Positions 26,258 through 36,843 of a stretch of 64,000 nt of DNA are shown here, piece after piece. Numbering within the stretch: position 1 is the first letter of the stretch; every line of letters starts with the position of its first letter. The notes under the pieces were generated by a model that was not told where the DNA came from, did no database searches, and saw nothing but the letters and a program-made list of their open reading frames with translations. The position numbers were made by a program, and so were the translations under genes. The DNA lies in the IMG/VR virus record IMGVR_UViG_3300028592_000008, positions 1 to 64,000 of that record; one strand, 5' to 3'. This stretch comes from a virus.

Positions 26258-28603
26258 ATGGACATTTTGCAGAATCGGCAGCCGAACGTGGTGAAGCGGC
26301 TCGCGGCGCTTTGGTCGACAAAGATCAAGGCGGGCGTCGAGGCGCGGAAGACGTTCGACAACATCGCCGACCAGTGCCGCATGTTCATGTACGCCCCCAA
26401 CGGCTTTCTCTGGGACGAGGGGTATCGCCGCCGCTTCAAGATCGAGGCGGAGGTGCCGAAGTTCCAGGTCACCATCAACAAGCTGTTCGAGCTTGTCGCG
26501 ATCGTAGGCCCATACATCTATTGGGATTACGCGGACCGCAAGGTGTCGTCACTGGTCCCGGTGGACATCGTCGAAGGGGCTTTCGGCGAGGGGATGGACC
26601 AGCAGGTCGAGCAACTCCGGATGGAGCAGCAGTTCCAAGCGAACCGCATGGAACAGGCCTGCAAGCTGTTCGAGAAGGTTCTGAATCACACGCAGCGGAG
26701 CCAGCGGAACGGGGGGCTGATTTCGGAAGGCCGGCAGATCGTCCAGGACTTCCTCATGACCGGCTGGGGGATTGCCTGGCCGGAGGTGACGAGCAGTCCC
26801 GGGCTCCCGCGGAAGATCACCGGCTGCTACCGCATGGACCCGAAGGAGATGGTCGTCGATCCGGACTGTTCGGATCCGACCCTTGAGAGCGCGGGCTGGG
26901 TCGGGCGGCGACGGATCACGCCGCACTACCAGCTCGAGCGGATGTTCGGCCGGAAGCCCGGGTCGCTGAAGCAGTACGCCACGGTTCAGGGCACGGACGC
27001 GATGGCGGATCAGGCCTCGCGCAAGGGCCGGAAGTTCAGCCAGTCGTTCGATCACGTCGTCTGGTTCGAGATTTACAGCAAGTGCGGGATCGGGTTCAAC
27101 CTGTCGAATTCGATCCGCGACGAGCGGGGGAAGTTCGAGGAGCCGCTCATGTCGCCGGTTGAGCAGATGCTCGACGACGATGTGCAGGACTTCGCCTACG
27201 TCTGCGTGATCCCCGGGCACGACGTCATCCTCAACCTCGAGAAACCGCTCCCGGAGATGACGAGCGAGGAGGTGCAGGACGCCTTCCGCTGGCCGTTCCA
27301 GAGCTACAAGGCGGACCGCTGGCCGTTCGCGAAGTACGCCTGCTACTCGGATGGCACGGGGCCGTATCCGATCGCCCCGCTGGCCCCAGCGCTCGGCCAC
27401 CTGATCTGCATCTCCGTCCTGACCGCGGCCTACGTCGAGAAGGCGTGGACGAACCGGAAGGACATCATCGCGGTTCTCGACACGTACTACAAAGACTTGA
27501 CCGAGGCGCTCAAGTCGAACAACAGCGAGACGATCGTCAAACTGTCGAAGGAACTCGGGAAGCCGATCAACGAGCTGATCCAGTTCCTCCAGCGCCCGGA
27601 TCAGAATTACGACATCCTCAAGGCGCTCGAGTGGGAGACCCAGAACTTCCGGGAATCCTCGGGGCTGTACGAGGTTCTGTACGCCGCGTCCGCCGGGATC
27701 GAGCGTTCCGCGGAGGGGACGAAGCAGAAGGCCAAGTCCGCGTCGATCCGCCCGGACGATATGTCCGCGCAGTTCGGCCGGTTCATGGGCGAGCTTGCCT
27801 ACCTGGAGCTCCTGCTGATGTGGGAAAAGCTGGACCCGGACGACGTGGTCGACATTCTGGGTGTCGGCGGGGACATGCTCTGGCAGGAGTTCGTGCTCTC
27901 CCTGCAGGAGACCGAGGTCTACCGGATGTGCCGGGTGGAGGTGTCGGCGACGGACATGCGGCGCCCGGACCGGGACAAGGAGCTCGCGGATCTGAAGGAA
28001 GTCATCCCGGTCATCATGCCGATGCTGCAGCTTGCCGCGCAGTCCGGGACGCCGGAGGGGATCGAGCCAATCAACGTGCTGATGCGTCAGTTTGCGAAGG
28101 CACTCAACTGGAAGGAGCCGATCCAGTTCGCTCCGATCCAGCCGCCGGCCCCTCCGCCGGAAGTCGCGGAGCAGCAGACCCGGATGACCGAGGCCGAGAT
28201 CGCGAAGACGGAAGCCGACGCCGCTCTCAAGGGTGCGCAGGCTCAGGCCGCGGGTGCGGACGGCGAGGGCGAGATGGCGATGCGAGAGCAGGAACTCGAG
28301 CACGACCGGATCCGAATGGACATGGAACTCGAGAAGGGTCAGCAGGAGATGGCGCTCGAGGGGGCGAAGGGCGAGCAGCAGATGGCCCTCGATGGAGCCA
28401 AGGCCCGGCAGTCGATGATGCTCGCCGCCGCGCAGGGGCGTCAGCAACTCGACCTGACCAGCGCGAAGGGGGCGCTGGACCTGAAGAGTGCTATCCTGAA
28501 GTCGCAGCTCGCTCTCCGGCAGCAGTCGGAAATGGGCGACGCGAAGGTGGCGACGGCAAAGAAGATGGCCGCCGCCAAGCCGAAGACTTCAACGCAGGGG
28601 TGA
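26258..28603 (+). CDS. Portal protein (P22-like, long helical C-terminus)
   Basis: 781 aa after TerL; VTINKL, VDPD, ESSGL...G...SAE motifs; Gln/Ala/Glu-rich tail. Confidence 0.8.
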   Translation: MDILQNRQPNVVKRLAALWSTKIKAGVEARKTFDNIADQCRMFMYAPNGFLWDEGYRRRFKIEAEVPKFQVTINKLFELVAIVGPYIYWDYADRKVSSLVPVDIVEGAFGEGMDQQVEQLRMEQQFQANRMEQACKLFEKVLNHTQRSQRNGGLISEGRQIVQDFLMTGWGIAWPEVTSSPGLPRKITGCYRMDPKEMVVDPDCSDPTLESAGWVGRRRITPHYQLERMFGRKPGSLKQYATVQGTDAMADQASRKGRKFSQSFDHVVWFEIYSKCGIGFNLSNSIRDERGKFEEPLMSPVEQMLDDDVQDFAYVCVIPGHDVILNLEKPLPEMTSEEVQDAFRWPFQSYKADRWPFAKYACYSDGTGPYPIAPLAPALGHLICISVLTAAYVEKAWTNRKDIIAVLDTYYKDLTEALKSNNSETIVKLSKELGKPINELIQFLQRPDQNYDILKALEWETQNFRESSGLYEVLYAASAGIERSAEGTKQKAKSASIRPDDMSAQFGRFMGELAYLELLLMWEKLDPDDVVDILGVGGDMLWQEFVLSLQETEVYRMCRVEVSATDMRRPDRDKELADLKEVIPVIMPMLQLAAQSGTPEGIEPINVLMRQFAKALNWKEPIQFAPIQPPAPPPEVAEQQTRMTEAEIAKTEADAALKGAQAQAAGADGEGEMAMREQELEHDRIRMDMELEKGQQEMALEGAKGEQQMALDGAKARQSMMLAAAQGRQQLDLTSAKGALDLKSAILKSQLALRQQSEMGDAKVATAKKMAAAKPKTSTQG

Positions 28604-28607
28604 CACT

Positions 28608-29375
28608 GTGGGGATTCGTTTTGAGGTGGTCGATGGTCAAGTCGTTCGCGTCGGGGGTCCGCCCTCGAAGGCCGAGGAAGCCCGGGTTCGGCGCAATCGT
28701 CGGGCCCTGGCGGAGTCAAAGCCCGTCGTGGTCGAGGAAACGCTCGAGGCTCCGCCGGCCGACTTCGCTGGAACGGCCGAGGATTACGCGCGATTCAAGC
28801 GGGAAGTCCGCCGCCGGGTGAACGGCCGGGAAGTCACCGAGGAGGAGTTCCGCGTTTCCCGGGAAACGAAACGGGAGGAGCTCGACGCCAATTTGCAGGG
28901 GATCATCGAGTCAAAGAAGTTCCCCGGGATCAAGGGGGACGACACGACCTTCAACAACGCCACCCGGTACTCCGACCTGGTGAAGCGGTACGGCGAGAAG
29001 AAGGTCAAGCGGATGATGGCCAAGGCCCGGAAGGCGGGCGTTCCTGTCGGCCCGGACTGGACTTACGACGCCGGACTCGCGACGGGGGCGGAGTCGCCGG
29101 ACGGGTGGATCGCTCCCACGGAAACGCGGGGGGACATCAAGCGGCGGATCCGGAAGTCCGGGGGAGTGTGCGAGGACTTCGGGGTGAAGGCCCGGCCGCT
29201 GGAGAAAGATCCGCACGAGCGGGTCCACCGGCTCGCCCCGGATCTCGTGAATGAGCAGGTCGTCCAGAAGCTCCGCGCGGACGGGGACCTGCTGGCGCGG
29301 GTGAAGGAGAAGCCCCGGAAGATCCGGGAACTCAAGGAAGCCGTCATCGATAAGCATGGGGCGAAGGGAAAATGA
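28608..29375 (+). CDS. Hypothetical protein in the virion module
   Basis: Basic 255-aa protein downstream of the portal gene. Confidence 0.65.
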   Translation: MGIRFEVVDGQVVRVGGPPSKAEEARVRRNRRALAESKPVVVEETLEAPPADFAGTAEDYARFKREVRRRVNGREVTEEEFRVSRETKREELDANLQGIIESKKFPGIKGDDTTFNNATRYSDLVKRYGEKKVKRMMAKARKAGVPVGPDWTYDAGLATGAESPDGWIAPTETRGDIKRRIRKSGGVCEDFGVKARPLEKDPHERVHRLAPDLVNEQVVQKLRADGDLLARVKEKPRKIRELKEAVIDKHGAKGK

Positions 29376-30535
29376 GCCAGCGACTCGACGTTGATCGTTC
29401 TCAGCCACTTCCGACATGGCAGGATGCCGTGGACGAAGTGCTGCTGGCGTTTGATGTCGACGCGCGGGGGCGGCACCTGCAGTGGGCCCGGCGGGCCGTA
29501 CGGCAGGCTGGGCGGGACTTTGCCGGGAAGTGGAACTGGACGTACTACCTCCGGCATCAGACCGTGCAGACGCTTGCTCCGTTCTCGGACGGGACGATCG
29601 CGATGACGACCGGCGGCGTGGTGACGCTGACCGGCGCGACGTGGCCGGCGGACATGCTCTACCGCCGGCTGCTGATCTCGGATCAGGTCTACTTCGTGAC
29701 GTCGATCACGAGCTCGACCGTGTTGACCGTCTCCGGGCCGCCGATCACCGCGATCGCCTCGGGGAGTTCGTACCAGGCCCTCCTCGCGGAGTACCCGCTC
29801 CCGCAGAACACCAGGCGGATCACCGAGCTTGTCCCGACGTCTGGCGTGACGGCGTGCGTCTACACGCCACCGGATCAAGCCCTGCAGTACCGAAGCTGGC
29901 AGAACACCGCGGGCAATCCCTCGAGCTACACGATCCGCGGGGACCAGAAGCGAGCCGGCCGCCAGGTCATCGAGTTCTCGCCGATGCCCACTTCGGCCCG
30001 GCGGTACGAGTTCATGACCTACGCTTCGCCAGGGGACGCGGAGCCGAAGATGTATCCCGGCGGTTCGTACCAGTACAACGTCGGGAACGCGACGTGGTCG
30101 GACGGCGGGACGACGATCACCGGCGCCGGGACCGCGTGGACGGAGAGCATGGTCGGTTCGATCATCCGCTTCTCGTCGATCAAGTCGCCGCCGGATGGGG
30201 AGTTCGGGAAAAATCCCGCAGTCGCCGCGAGGGTCGTCACGGCGGTCGGAAGCGGGACGTCGCTGACGGTGGACGAGGCGATGGAGGGGGCCGGGTCGCA
30301 GCTTGGCTACTCGATCTCCGATCCGCTCGATGTCCCCCCGGAGATGTGGAACTTCTTCGTCCGGATGGCGGAGTACGAGTTCGCGAAGGGCACCAAAGGC
30401 GGCCCGGAGCTTCAGTTCCGCAGGGACAATTACCTGATGGCGCTCGAGGGGGCCATGGTGGCTGACCAGGCGATGCGTCCGCCGCAGTGGGGCTCCTGGG
30501 CTTGGATTCCGATTACGCAGGTGCTCCCGGTATGA
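29372..30535 (+). CDS. Head-tail adaptor protein (putative)
   Basis: W.W.YL; EYPLP...RI; G.P..YTI; IEFSP.P pattern, with inserted beta domains. Confidence 0.6.
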   Translation: MSQRLDVDRSQPLPTWQDAVDEVLLAFDVDARGRHLQWARRAVRQAGRDFAGKWNWTYYLRHQTVQTLAPFSDGTIAMTTGGVVTLTGATWPADMLYRRLLISDQVYFVTSITSSTVLTVSGPPITAIASGSSYQALLAEYPLPQNTRRITELVPTSGVTACVYTPPDQALQYRSWQNTAGNPSSYTIRGDQKRAGRQVIEFSPMPTSARRYEFMTYASPGDAEPKMYPGGSYQYNVGNATWSDGGTTITGAGTAWTESMVGSIIRFSSIKSPPDGEFGKNPAVAARVVTAVGSGTSLTVDEAMEGAGSQLGYSISDPLDVPPEMWNFFVRMAEYEFAKGTKGGPELQFRRDNYLMALEGAMVADQAMRPPQWGSWAWIPITQVLPV

Positions 30536-31062
30536 GCGAACGAATCTACCAGTGGGAGGCGATCTGCTGGATCCGGACGGAGCTCAAGAACGTCAAGTTC
30601 GCGGGCTTCCCTGGCATCGAGGCGATCCCGGAAGAGAACATCGTCGTCCACCCGTTCACGCTCGACCAGGACAGCAACGACGACTGGCTGCGGGAGTTGC
30701 GGCCGGGGGTCGTCATCAGCCCGGCGAGGACGGCGTCGGTCGGCGGAAGTCTGAACTGCGAAGACGACGTCGATTACCCGATCACGATCCAGTTCTTCGA
30801 CCGTGACATGAGCACGCGCCCGGACGAGGAGCGGCTGCAGGGGTGGCTCCTCTGGCAGCAGAAGGCCCGGCAGATTTTCAGCGAGACGGACTGTCGCGGA
30901 GAGATCCCGGACCTGCTCTGGATGTCCGTTCCGAGCCAGCAGTGGGTCGAGAAGCAGCGGTTCCAGCGGCACCGCTTGGCGTTGTGGGCGATGCCCGTTG
31001 TCGTGAAGATGCGTGAGCCGCGGGCGGCGAGCAGCCGGTCCGGCGGGATCAACGGGGAGTGA
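30532..31062 (+). CDS. Tail completion/terminator-like protein
   Basis: Position before the tail tube gene; size. Confidence 0.45.
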   Translation: MSERIYQWEAICWIRTELKNVKFAGFPGIEAIPEENIVVHPFTLDQDSNDDWLRELRPGVVISPARTASVGGSLNCEDDVDYPITIQFFDRDMSTRPDEERLQGWLLWQQKARQIFSETDCRGEIPDLLWMSVPSQQWVEKQRFQRHRLALWAMPVVVKMREPRAASSRSGGINGE

Positions 31063-31065
31063 GCG

Positions 31066-31953
31066 ATGGCAGACGAAGGTGAACAGTCCGCGTTCGGCCA
31101 GTTCGCGATCGGCGGCTACAAGATGTGCTTCATGCGCATCCTTCCGATCGACACGGCGAAGATCAAGGATCACTCCGACGATCTGAACTGCGGCACCCGC
31201 GCGCGGTCCGCCGACGACCAGTCGCCGTCGATCATCACGCCGGGGCTGAACGTGCTCCTGCAGCCGACCCCGGAGGAGCTGGCCGTCCTGCTGCCCCTGA
31301 TCGGGTTCACGCTCGACACGACCTACAAGTGGACGGACACGGCACTTCCGTCGTTCAACATGAAGTGGGACCGCGGGGTGGCGGCGGCGATCCGCGCGTA
31401 CACGGGGGCCAAGGTCGACCAGGCTCAGTTCTACAGCGTGAAGGGGTCGGCGCTGATCCTGTCCCTCCGGATCTTCGCCATGACGATCTCGGACGGCGCG
31501 ACGTTCACGGAGGCGCCGGTCGCCAACAACTCGACGCCGTTCGTTCACAGCCAAGGGGTCATCAATCTGGACGGATCCGCCCGGAAGTACACCCGGGTCC
31601 AATACTCGGTTTCGAACCGGCTGACGGTCGAGCACAACAACTCGGTCTACCCCACGAACATCGACGCCGGGGACCGGATCGAGCAGGTCTCCGTCAACTT
31701 CCCGGCGAATACCGAGCACGAGGATCTGATCGCCGAAGGGTGGGGAGCGACTCGCGCGGACGGGATCGCCGGGGATCTGCAGTTCACCCGCGGGGGCAAG
31801 AGCGTCCTGTTCGATTGGGACGTCATGAAGGCGGACGGCAAGGAGCCGCCGATCCCGCCGCGTGGGCAGGAGATCCGATTCGACCAGACTTGGAGCGTCT
31901 ACAAGGGCGAGGCAGCCTCCTCGACGATCGTCACCCTCGACACGACGGCTTGA
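31066..31953 (+). CDS. Major tail tube protein (putative)
   Basis: 295 aa, beta-rich; GTRAR, YTGAKVD, YSVSNRL pattern. Confidence 0.6.
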   Translation: MADEGEQSAFGQFAIGGYKMCFMRILPIDTAKIKDHSDDLNCGTRARSADDQSPSIITPGLNVLLQPTPEELAVLLPLIGFTLDTTYKWTDTALPSFNMKWDRGVAAAIRAYTGAKVDQAQFYSVKGSALILSLRIFAMTISDGATFTEAPVANNSTPFVHSQGVINLDGSARKYTRVQYSVSNRLTVEHNNSVYPTNIDAGDRIEQVSVNFPANTEHEDLIAEGWGATRADGIAGDLQFTRGGKSVLFDWDVMKADGKEPPIPPRGQEIRFDQTWSVYKGEAASSTIVTLDTTA

Positions 31954-31956
31954 GCC

Positions 31957-32658
31957 ATGGAATTCATCCCGGACGGCTACAATCGGGTGGCCGAGATTTC
32001 CGGCGGGCGGAAGCTCGTGTTCCGGCCGCTCGTCCGCGAGTCCCGGGTGCAGGCCGTGGGGATCGCCAGGTCGCTCGACAAGCCGACCGGCTGGAGCTTC
32101 CTCGAGGAGATCGCCCGGACGCGGATCATCCATCCGCGCGAGATCGGGGATCTGCTCCCGGAGGACATGAAGATCATTTTCGGCCAGGACTCCTCGGCCG
32201 CGCAGCTCGCGGACGTCGAGAACCTCCGGGCCGGGGTCGAGTTCGCCCTGCAGTACCCGCACCTGATCGACGTCGAGTGCAGCCAGTGCCGGGCGTGGTG
32301 GTTCTCTCCGCTGGAAGGTAGGCTGGTCCGGGATGCGGACGGGAAGCCTTACCGGCGGACGGACGAGCCGCTCCTGTGCGAGACTGGCGATTGCCCGTTG
32401 GGGCATTACAGTTCACGCAAAGGGTTTACGCCGAAGAATCGGCTGGCCTTCCGTCACTGGCAGCGATGCAAACTGACGGGCGTATTCCCGGACGACGAAA
32501 TCGTGCGGCGGAATGCGGGAGTGATCCAGGAGGTTCTCGATGGACGACGATCTCGAAAACTGGCAGGAGGCGGAAGAGCCGCTGCCGGAAGCGGAAGAGA
32601 TGATCGTTTCCCGGGAAACGCCGGAGGAGCCATCCGAGGAGGAGCCGTCACCGCCTGA
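31957..32658 (+). CDS. Tail assembly chaperone-like / hypothetical protein
   Basis: Follows the tube gene; contains CxxC and CxxxxCP. Confidence 0.45.
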   Translation: MEFIPDGYNRVAEISGGRKLVFRPLVRESRVQAVGIARSLDKPTGWSFLEEIARTRIIHPREIGDLLPEDMKIIFGQDSSAAQLADVENLRAGVEFALQYPHLIDVECSQCRAWWFSPLEGRLVRDADGKPYRRTDEPLLCETGDCPLGHYSSRKGFTPKNRLAFRHWQRCKLTGVFPDDEIVRRNAGVIQEVLDGRRSRKLAGGGRAAAGSGRDDRFPGNAGGAIRGGAVTA

Positions 32659-33049
32659 GCCGGCAGAAATGCCGGAGGGGGAACAAGTTGGGTCTGACGA
32701 AGATGTTCCGGTTGATCCGCCAGAGGAGGACGTCCCGCCGCCACCGGAGGCAACGGGAATGGCGGAGTTCGGACTTCAGGAGGATTCCGCCGCCGAGGCG
32801 TCTCCGATGGCGGAGTCTGACGGGCCGCCCCCGGACCCGGATGCCGTAGACGAGCCGGAGCGGACGGAGGGCCCGGATGATACGACGCTCTTGGAGATGG
32901 CGCAGAAGTACACCGACTCGAACATGGAATACAAGCCGACGCAGTACGAGGCGGAGGAGTCGGCCCGCGGCGGCGGGGTGACCCGGGGCGAAGTGCAGGA
33001 GATGCTCAGCCAGTCGCTCTATCAGAATCAGGCGGGGGCGTTCGGATGA
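32540..33049 (+). CDS. Acidic low-complexity hypothetical protein
   Basis: AGGAGG RBS; Glu/Asp/Pro-rich. Confidence 0.6.
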   Translation: MDDDLENWQEAEEPLPEAEEMIVSRETPEEPSEEEPSPPEPAEMPEGEQVGSDEDVPVDPPEEDVPPPPEATGMAEFGLQEDSAAEASPMAESDGPPPDPDAVDEPERTEGPDDTTLLEMAQKYTDSNMEYKPTQYEAEESARGGGVTRGEVQEMLSQSLYQNQAGAFG

Positions 33050-33768
33050 TTCTCAAGGTCGGCGCGACGTCACTGCCGCAGAACGAGGTCCGGCTCCGCC
33101 AGGTCGAGAAGACGGGGATCATCGGGCCCCGCGGGTATTTCAACGGCTACCGGATGCGGGCGGTCATCAGCGGGATCGTGCGGGAGGCGACTCAGTCCGC
33201 GCTCAAGACGACGGTCGACGCCCGGATCGCGCTGTTCAACTCGAAGGACTACAACCGGGACATAGGGCTGTATTTCAACAACGGGACGACGCCGACGAGC
33301 GACATCCTCACGGCGACCGGCAGCACAAACGGCGTGGTGATCCGGAACGTCACCTGGTCCGACGAGGGCTCGGCCCGCGGGGCGATGGTCGAGTGGGTGT
33401 ACTACCGGCATTACACGTTCGTCGCCGACGTCGAGTTCGCGGACGCATCCCAGAGCACGGTCGTCTCTTACAGCGAGGGTCTCGAGATCATCGGGGACGG
33501 AAGCTCCGACTACGCGATCCTCGAGTGCCTCACGGCGACCCCGCAACCACAAACGACAAAGCTGTTCACGAAGCAGGCGTTCCGGCAGTGGGGGAGCGCG
33601 GTCGGACTGCTGACATACGAAGCGTTCCCGCTTCCACTGGCGACGCCGAAGCCGAAGGGGATCCGCCGGTCCCGGCTCAGTCCGCAGGTCCGCGGCCGGC
33701 TGGTCGATCGGAACTGGCCTTGTAGCTGGTCGTATTACGGCGAAGCGACGGGAGGCCTCGATTTCTGA
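33046..33768 (+). CDS. Tail/baseplate protein (putative)
   Basis: Beta-rich; translationally coupled within the tail module. Confidence 0.5.
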   Translation: MILKVGATSLPQNEVRLRQVEKTGIIGPRGYFNGYRMRAVISGIVREATQSALKTTVDARIALFNSKDYNRDIGLYFNNGTTPTSDILTATGSTNGVVIRNVTWSDEGSARGAMVEWVYYRHYTFVADVEFADASQSTVVSYSEGLEIIGDGSSDYAILECLTATPQPQTTKLFTKQAFRQWGSAVGLLTYEAFPLPLATPKPKGIRRSRLSPQVRGRLVDRNWPCSWSYYGEATGGLDF

Positions 33769-35399
33769 TGTCACTGAGCGTTTCATTCCCGGGGCTCGTC
33801 GGAACGCGGCGGGGGACCTACACCGGCGTCCATGGGATGCAGCCGGGGGTCGCCGTCGTGGAGACCGTTCCGCAGACGATCTCGACGACGGTCGGAAGCT
33901 TGGTCCTGTCGGATGCCTCCACGTCGCTGACGCTGACCGGGGCGCTCCTGTCCGAGACAGGGGTTCGGGCGAACGGTGAGCGAACGATCCAGGTCAACTA
34001 CCTGAAGGATCGCCGCTGGCGGTGGCAGAAGCCGATCTGCGTTGGGGAGTGGAATGTCCCGCTCCCAGACGGAACGGTCGACTCGGCGACGCAGAAGTCC
34101 GCCCGGGAGCTGGTGTCGGAACTGTTCGATTCCATGGGGGAGACCGTCGACTGCACGGCCCTTCCGGCGGACGACTACCCGCACGTCGAGTGGCGGGGGC
34201 GGAAGTCCTGGGTTGAGTGCCAGGAGCTCATGGCGCGGTACGGCTGCGACGTCGCACCGAACTTCTTCACGGACACGTTCGTCGTCGTCCGGCTGAACGC
34301 CGGGGCGTCGCTGCCGACCGGCGGGACGGAAATGAGCGTCTCGGTGGGGACGAGCTTCGACCCTTGGCCGGACATCATCGGGATCATCTGCGGGCGGTCG
34401 ATCTGGGAAACGAAGTTCGTCCTGCAGGCGGTTGCCCCGGACACGGACGGGCAGATCAAGGCGATCGACGATCTGAGCTATGCGCCGGCGGAGGGCTGGG
34501 CGGCGCACGGCGGGGTGAACACGACGGGCGAGGGGGACCTGACGAACCTGATACCGACCGCGGGGGCGCAGGCGTACGGCCTCGCGAATCGGTACATCTA
34601 CCGGATGTATCAGATCGCCTCGATCGTCGGAGGGGAGCTCGCGGACGGGACGATCCCGGCGTCGGTCGAGCACTGCCTGCCCCTCGAGCGGGAGAGGCTG
34701 CTGACCTACAACACGGCGAACGAGCAGTACCGAGCGCCGGCGCTGGTGGAGGGGACGTTTTTGATTCAGGCGGCCCCGGACGCGCTCGAGAACTCGGCCG
34801 AATTCACGCAGGTCGACACGCCGTTCACGATCAACCGGGAGAAGGGGTACATTCTCTTCGCGGTTCCGGTCGTCAAGGTCAGCGAATCGAACGACCAGAT
34901 CCTCCCGGCGACGCTCTACCTGACCACCGCCCATTACGTCCAGGACGAGACGAAGAACTTCCTGCGGTACTACCAGACGCTCACGATCGCGTCGAACGGG
35001 GTTCCTTCCGAGGGCCGGCTCCGCGAGGAGTACCGGGCGATGATCCGCGGCGTCTACACCGGGGAGACGCTGGACGACACGATCACGAACGAGACGGCCC
35101 TGACCGGGACGATCGACATTGAGCTGGCGGCATGGGCGAACAGCTACGTCGTGCAGTCGGCGACGGCGATCACCTACGCGAACCTTCAGGCGATCGGCCT
35201 CTCAGGGAAGATTCGGGCGGTGACCTGGACGGTGGACTGCGGCGACCCCGGGGACGGCTACTGCATCACGCAGGGGACCGAGAACTCGGAGTGCATCATC
35301 GGCATCATCCCGCGTTGGGCCCGGTATCGGAACGCTATGTCCGAGCCATACTACGCGAGCTCCGGATACCGGCGGCGCAGAATGCGTGGGCGTGAATGA
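33768..35399 (+). CDS. Baseplate hub-like tail protein (putative)
   Basis: 543 aa, beta-rich; LKDRRWRW; position. Confidence 0.5.
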   Translation: MSLSVSFPGLVGTRRGTYTGVHGMQPGVAVVETVPQTISTTVGSLVLSDASTSLTLTGALLSETGVRANGERTIQVNYLKDRRWRWQKPICVGEWNVPLPDGTVDSATQKSARELVSELFDSMGETVDCTALPADDYPHVEWRGRKSWVECQELMARYGCDVAPNFFTDTFVVVRLNAGASLPTGGTEMSVSVGTSFDPWPDIIGIICGRSIWETKFVLQAVAPDTDGQIKAIDDLSYAPAEGWAAHGGVNTTGEGDLTNLIPTAGAQAYGLANRYIYRMYQIASIVGGELADGTIPASVEHCLPLERERLLTYNTANEQYRAPALVEGTFLIQAAPDALENSAEFTQVDTPFTINREKGYILFAVPVVKVSESNDQILPATLYLTTAHYVQDETKNFLRYYQTLTIASNGVPSEGRLREEYRAMIRGVYTGETLDDTITNETALTGTIDIELAAWANSYVVQSATAITYANLQAIGLSGKIRAVTWTVDCGDPGDGYCITQGTENSECIIGIIPRWARYRNAMSEPYYASSGYRRRRMRGRE

Positions 35400-36487
35400 C
35401 CCCGATCAGCTTTCGAAACGACAGCGGCGAGACGATCCCGTCCTACGCGATCGTCGGGCTGGCGTACGTGGCGTCCCCGGCGACGGGGAGGAAGGTGGCC
35501 TCCGGGGACCAGATCGTCAATTCGTCGAATCCGTGGGTCGTCAACTCCCGGGTCGCGGTGTCGAGTGACGGCCCTGGCTGGGGGTTCGGTTCCGCGAATC
35601 GGTACGAGTGGATCGCGTACGAATCGGCGGATGGGACGCCCGCTGTCGGGGACGAGTGGGGGCCGAAGGCGGACAGTTGGAAGCTCCGGCGCGCGGCGGC
35701 CGGGTGCCGGATCGTCTCAGTCGGGAGCGGCGTCGTCTTTTGCGAGATCATGGGGCGATCCGGGATTCGGGTCGCGTACTGCACGCAGAAGTGCAAGAAG
35801 GGGCAGACGAAGACGTTCCAGCTCCGCGAGGGGTATGGGTCGAGCGAGGCCGGCGCGGAGATCCAGGTCAAGAATCGGATCTACGGGACGATCAGCTCGG
35901 GGACTCCCTGTTACGTCTCGGAAATCTACGGGACGTGGGAGGTCATCGCTGTCAATGACGACGACGAGTCCGACTCCTCGAGCTCGAACACGGGGACTGG
36001 AACGGCGACAGACACCGGGACTGGAACGGGCGACACTGGAACGGGCGACACTGGAACGGGCACGGGGACCGGCGACACCGGAACGGGGACCGGCAAGGAC
36101 ACCGCGGTCGTCAAGGCCGACTGGTCGCCCGGGGGCTACGCGGCTCTGTTCGTCGAGGAATCCCCGGAGGTCCGCTTCAACGATGTGATGGTCGTCGAGA
36201 TGCGGGAGTTGTCCGGGAGTTTTGACATCGACCCGCGGTTCGTGAAGGTTTGCGAGCGGGACACGATTGAGGTCTGCGGCTTCTCCGTGGACGGGGCCGT
36301 CGCGGTGGGAGCCCGCGCGAGAAATGGCCGGGTGACGGTTTCGCACAGCGGCGTTCCCGGGAACACGATGCGGATCGTCCTGCGACTGACCGGCATCCGC
36401 AAAGGCTTCAAGGGCGTGCGGTTCCCAGAACGGACCCGGGACGAGTTCATGGCGAACGAAGCCTGGCTCAAGCGGGGTGCGAAGTGA
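35396..36487 (+). CDS. Tail tip/spike-like protein with Ser-run and (TG/TGD)n linker
   Basis: DDDESDSSSSNTGTGTATDTGTGTGDTG... linker followed by a YAALFVEESPEVRFND domain. Confidence 0.55.
   Translation: MTPISFRNDSGETIPSYAIVGLAYVASPATGRKVASGDQIVNSSNPWVVNSRVAVSSDGPGWGFGSANRYEWIAYESADGTPAVGDEWGPKADSWKLRRAAAGCRIVSVGSGVVFCEIMGRSGIRVAYCTQKCKKGQTKTFQLREGYGSSEAGAEIQVKNRIYGTISSGTPCYVSEIYGTWEVIAVNDDDESDSSSSNTGTGTATDTGTGTGDTGTGDTGTGTGTGDTGTGTGKDTAVVKADWSPGGYAALFVEESPEVRFNDVMVVEMRELSGSFDIDPRFVKVCERDTIEVCGFSVDGAVAVGARARNGRVTVSHSGVPGNTMRIVLRLTGIRKGFKGVRFPERTRDEFMANEAWLKRGAK
35990..36093 (+). repeat. Coding tandem repeat (Thr-Gly / Thr-Gly-Asp)
   Basis: GGAACGGGCGACACT repeated in tandem, with degenerate flanking units. 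Confidence 0.8.
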
Positions 36488-36843
36488 GCGACGGGTCGGC
36501 GAAGGAGTCGAGCGACGAGGGGACGGCGCCGTGCAAGGCCGGCGTTGCAACTCTCGATGTGGCCGGCGAACTGACCGGCACCCTCCTGAGCGGCGGCGGG
36601 ACGACATACGGCGGCCTCTGCACGCCGGTCCCGCCGATCGGGTTCTTCCAGTTCCAGATCGGTATCGGCTGCGCGCTGGGGGAGTACAGCGGGACGTACG
36701 TCAAATACTCTCTTGGCGGTCCGGCATCACCCCCCGAGAGCGGCAGCGTCGCCGTCACGATTGTCAGTGCTGACCCGATCTCCCTGATCTGCAGCTTCAC
36801 GTCCCCCTCGCTGGGTGGCTTTGACTTCACGGTGCAAGAGTGA
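36484..36843 (+). CDS. Hypothetical protein
   Basis: GTGA-coupled at both ends. Confidence 0.5.
   Translation: MSDGSAKESSDEGTAPCKAGVATLDVAGELTGTLLSGGGTTYGGLCTPVPPIGFFQFQIGIGCALGEYSGTYVKYSLGGPASPPESGSVAVTIVSADPISLICSFTSPSLGGFDFTVQE

Noticed and set aside
31957-33049. Programmed frameshift of the tail chaperone G/GT type
   Set aside because: No convincing slippery heptamer was seen, and the second ORF has its own AGGAGG RBS.
17839-36364. Shorter GTTCCCGGGAAC cores (17840, 36353) as further parS-like sites
   Set aside because: They lack one T/A in each arm; they were excluded from the count but may be weak sites.
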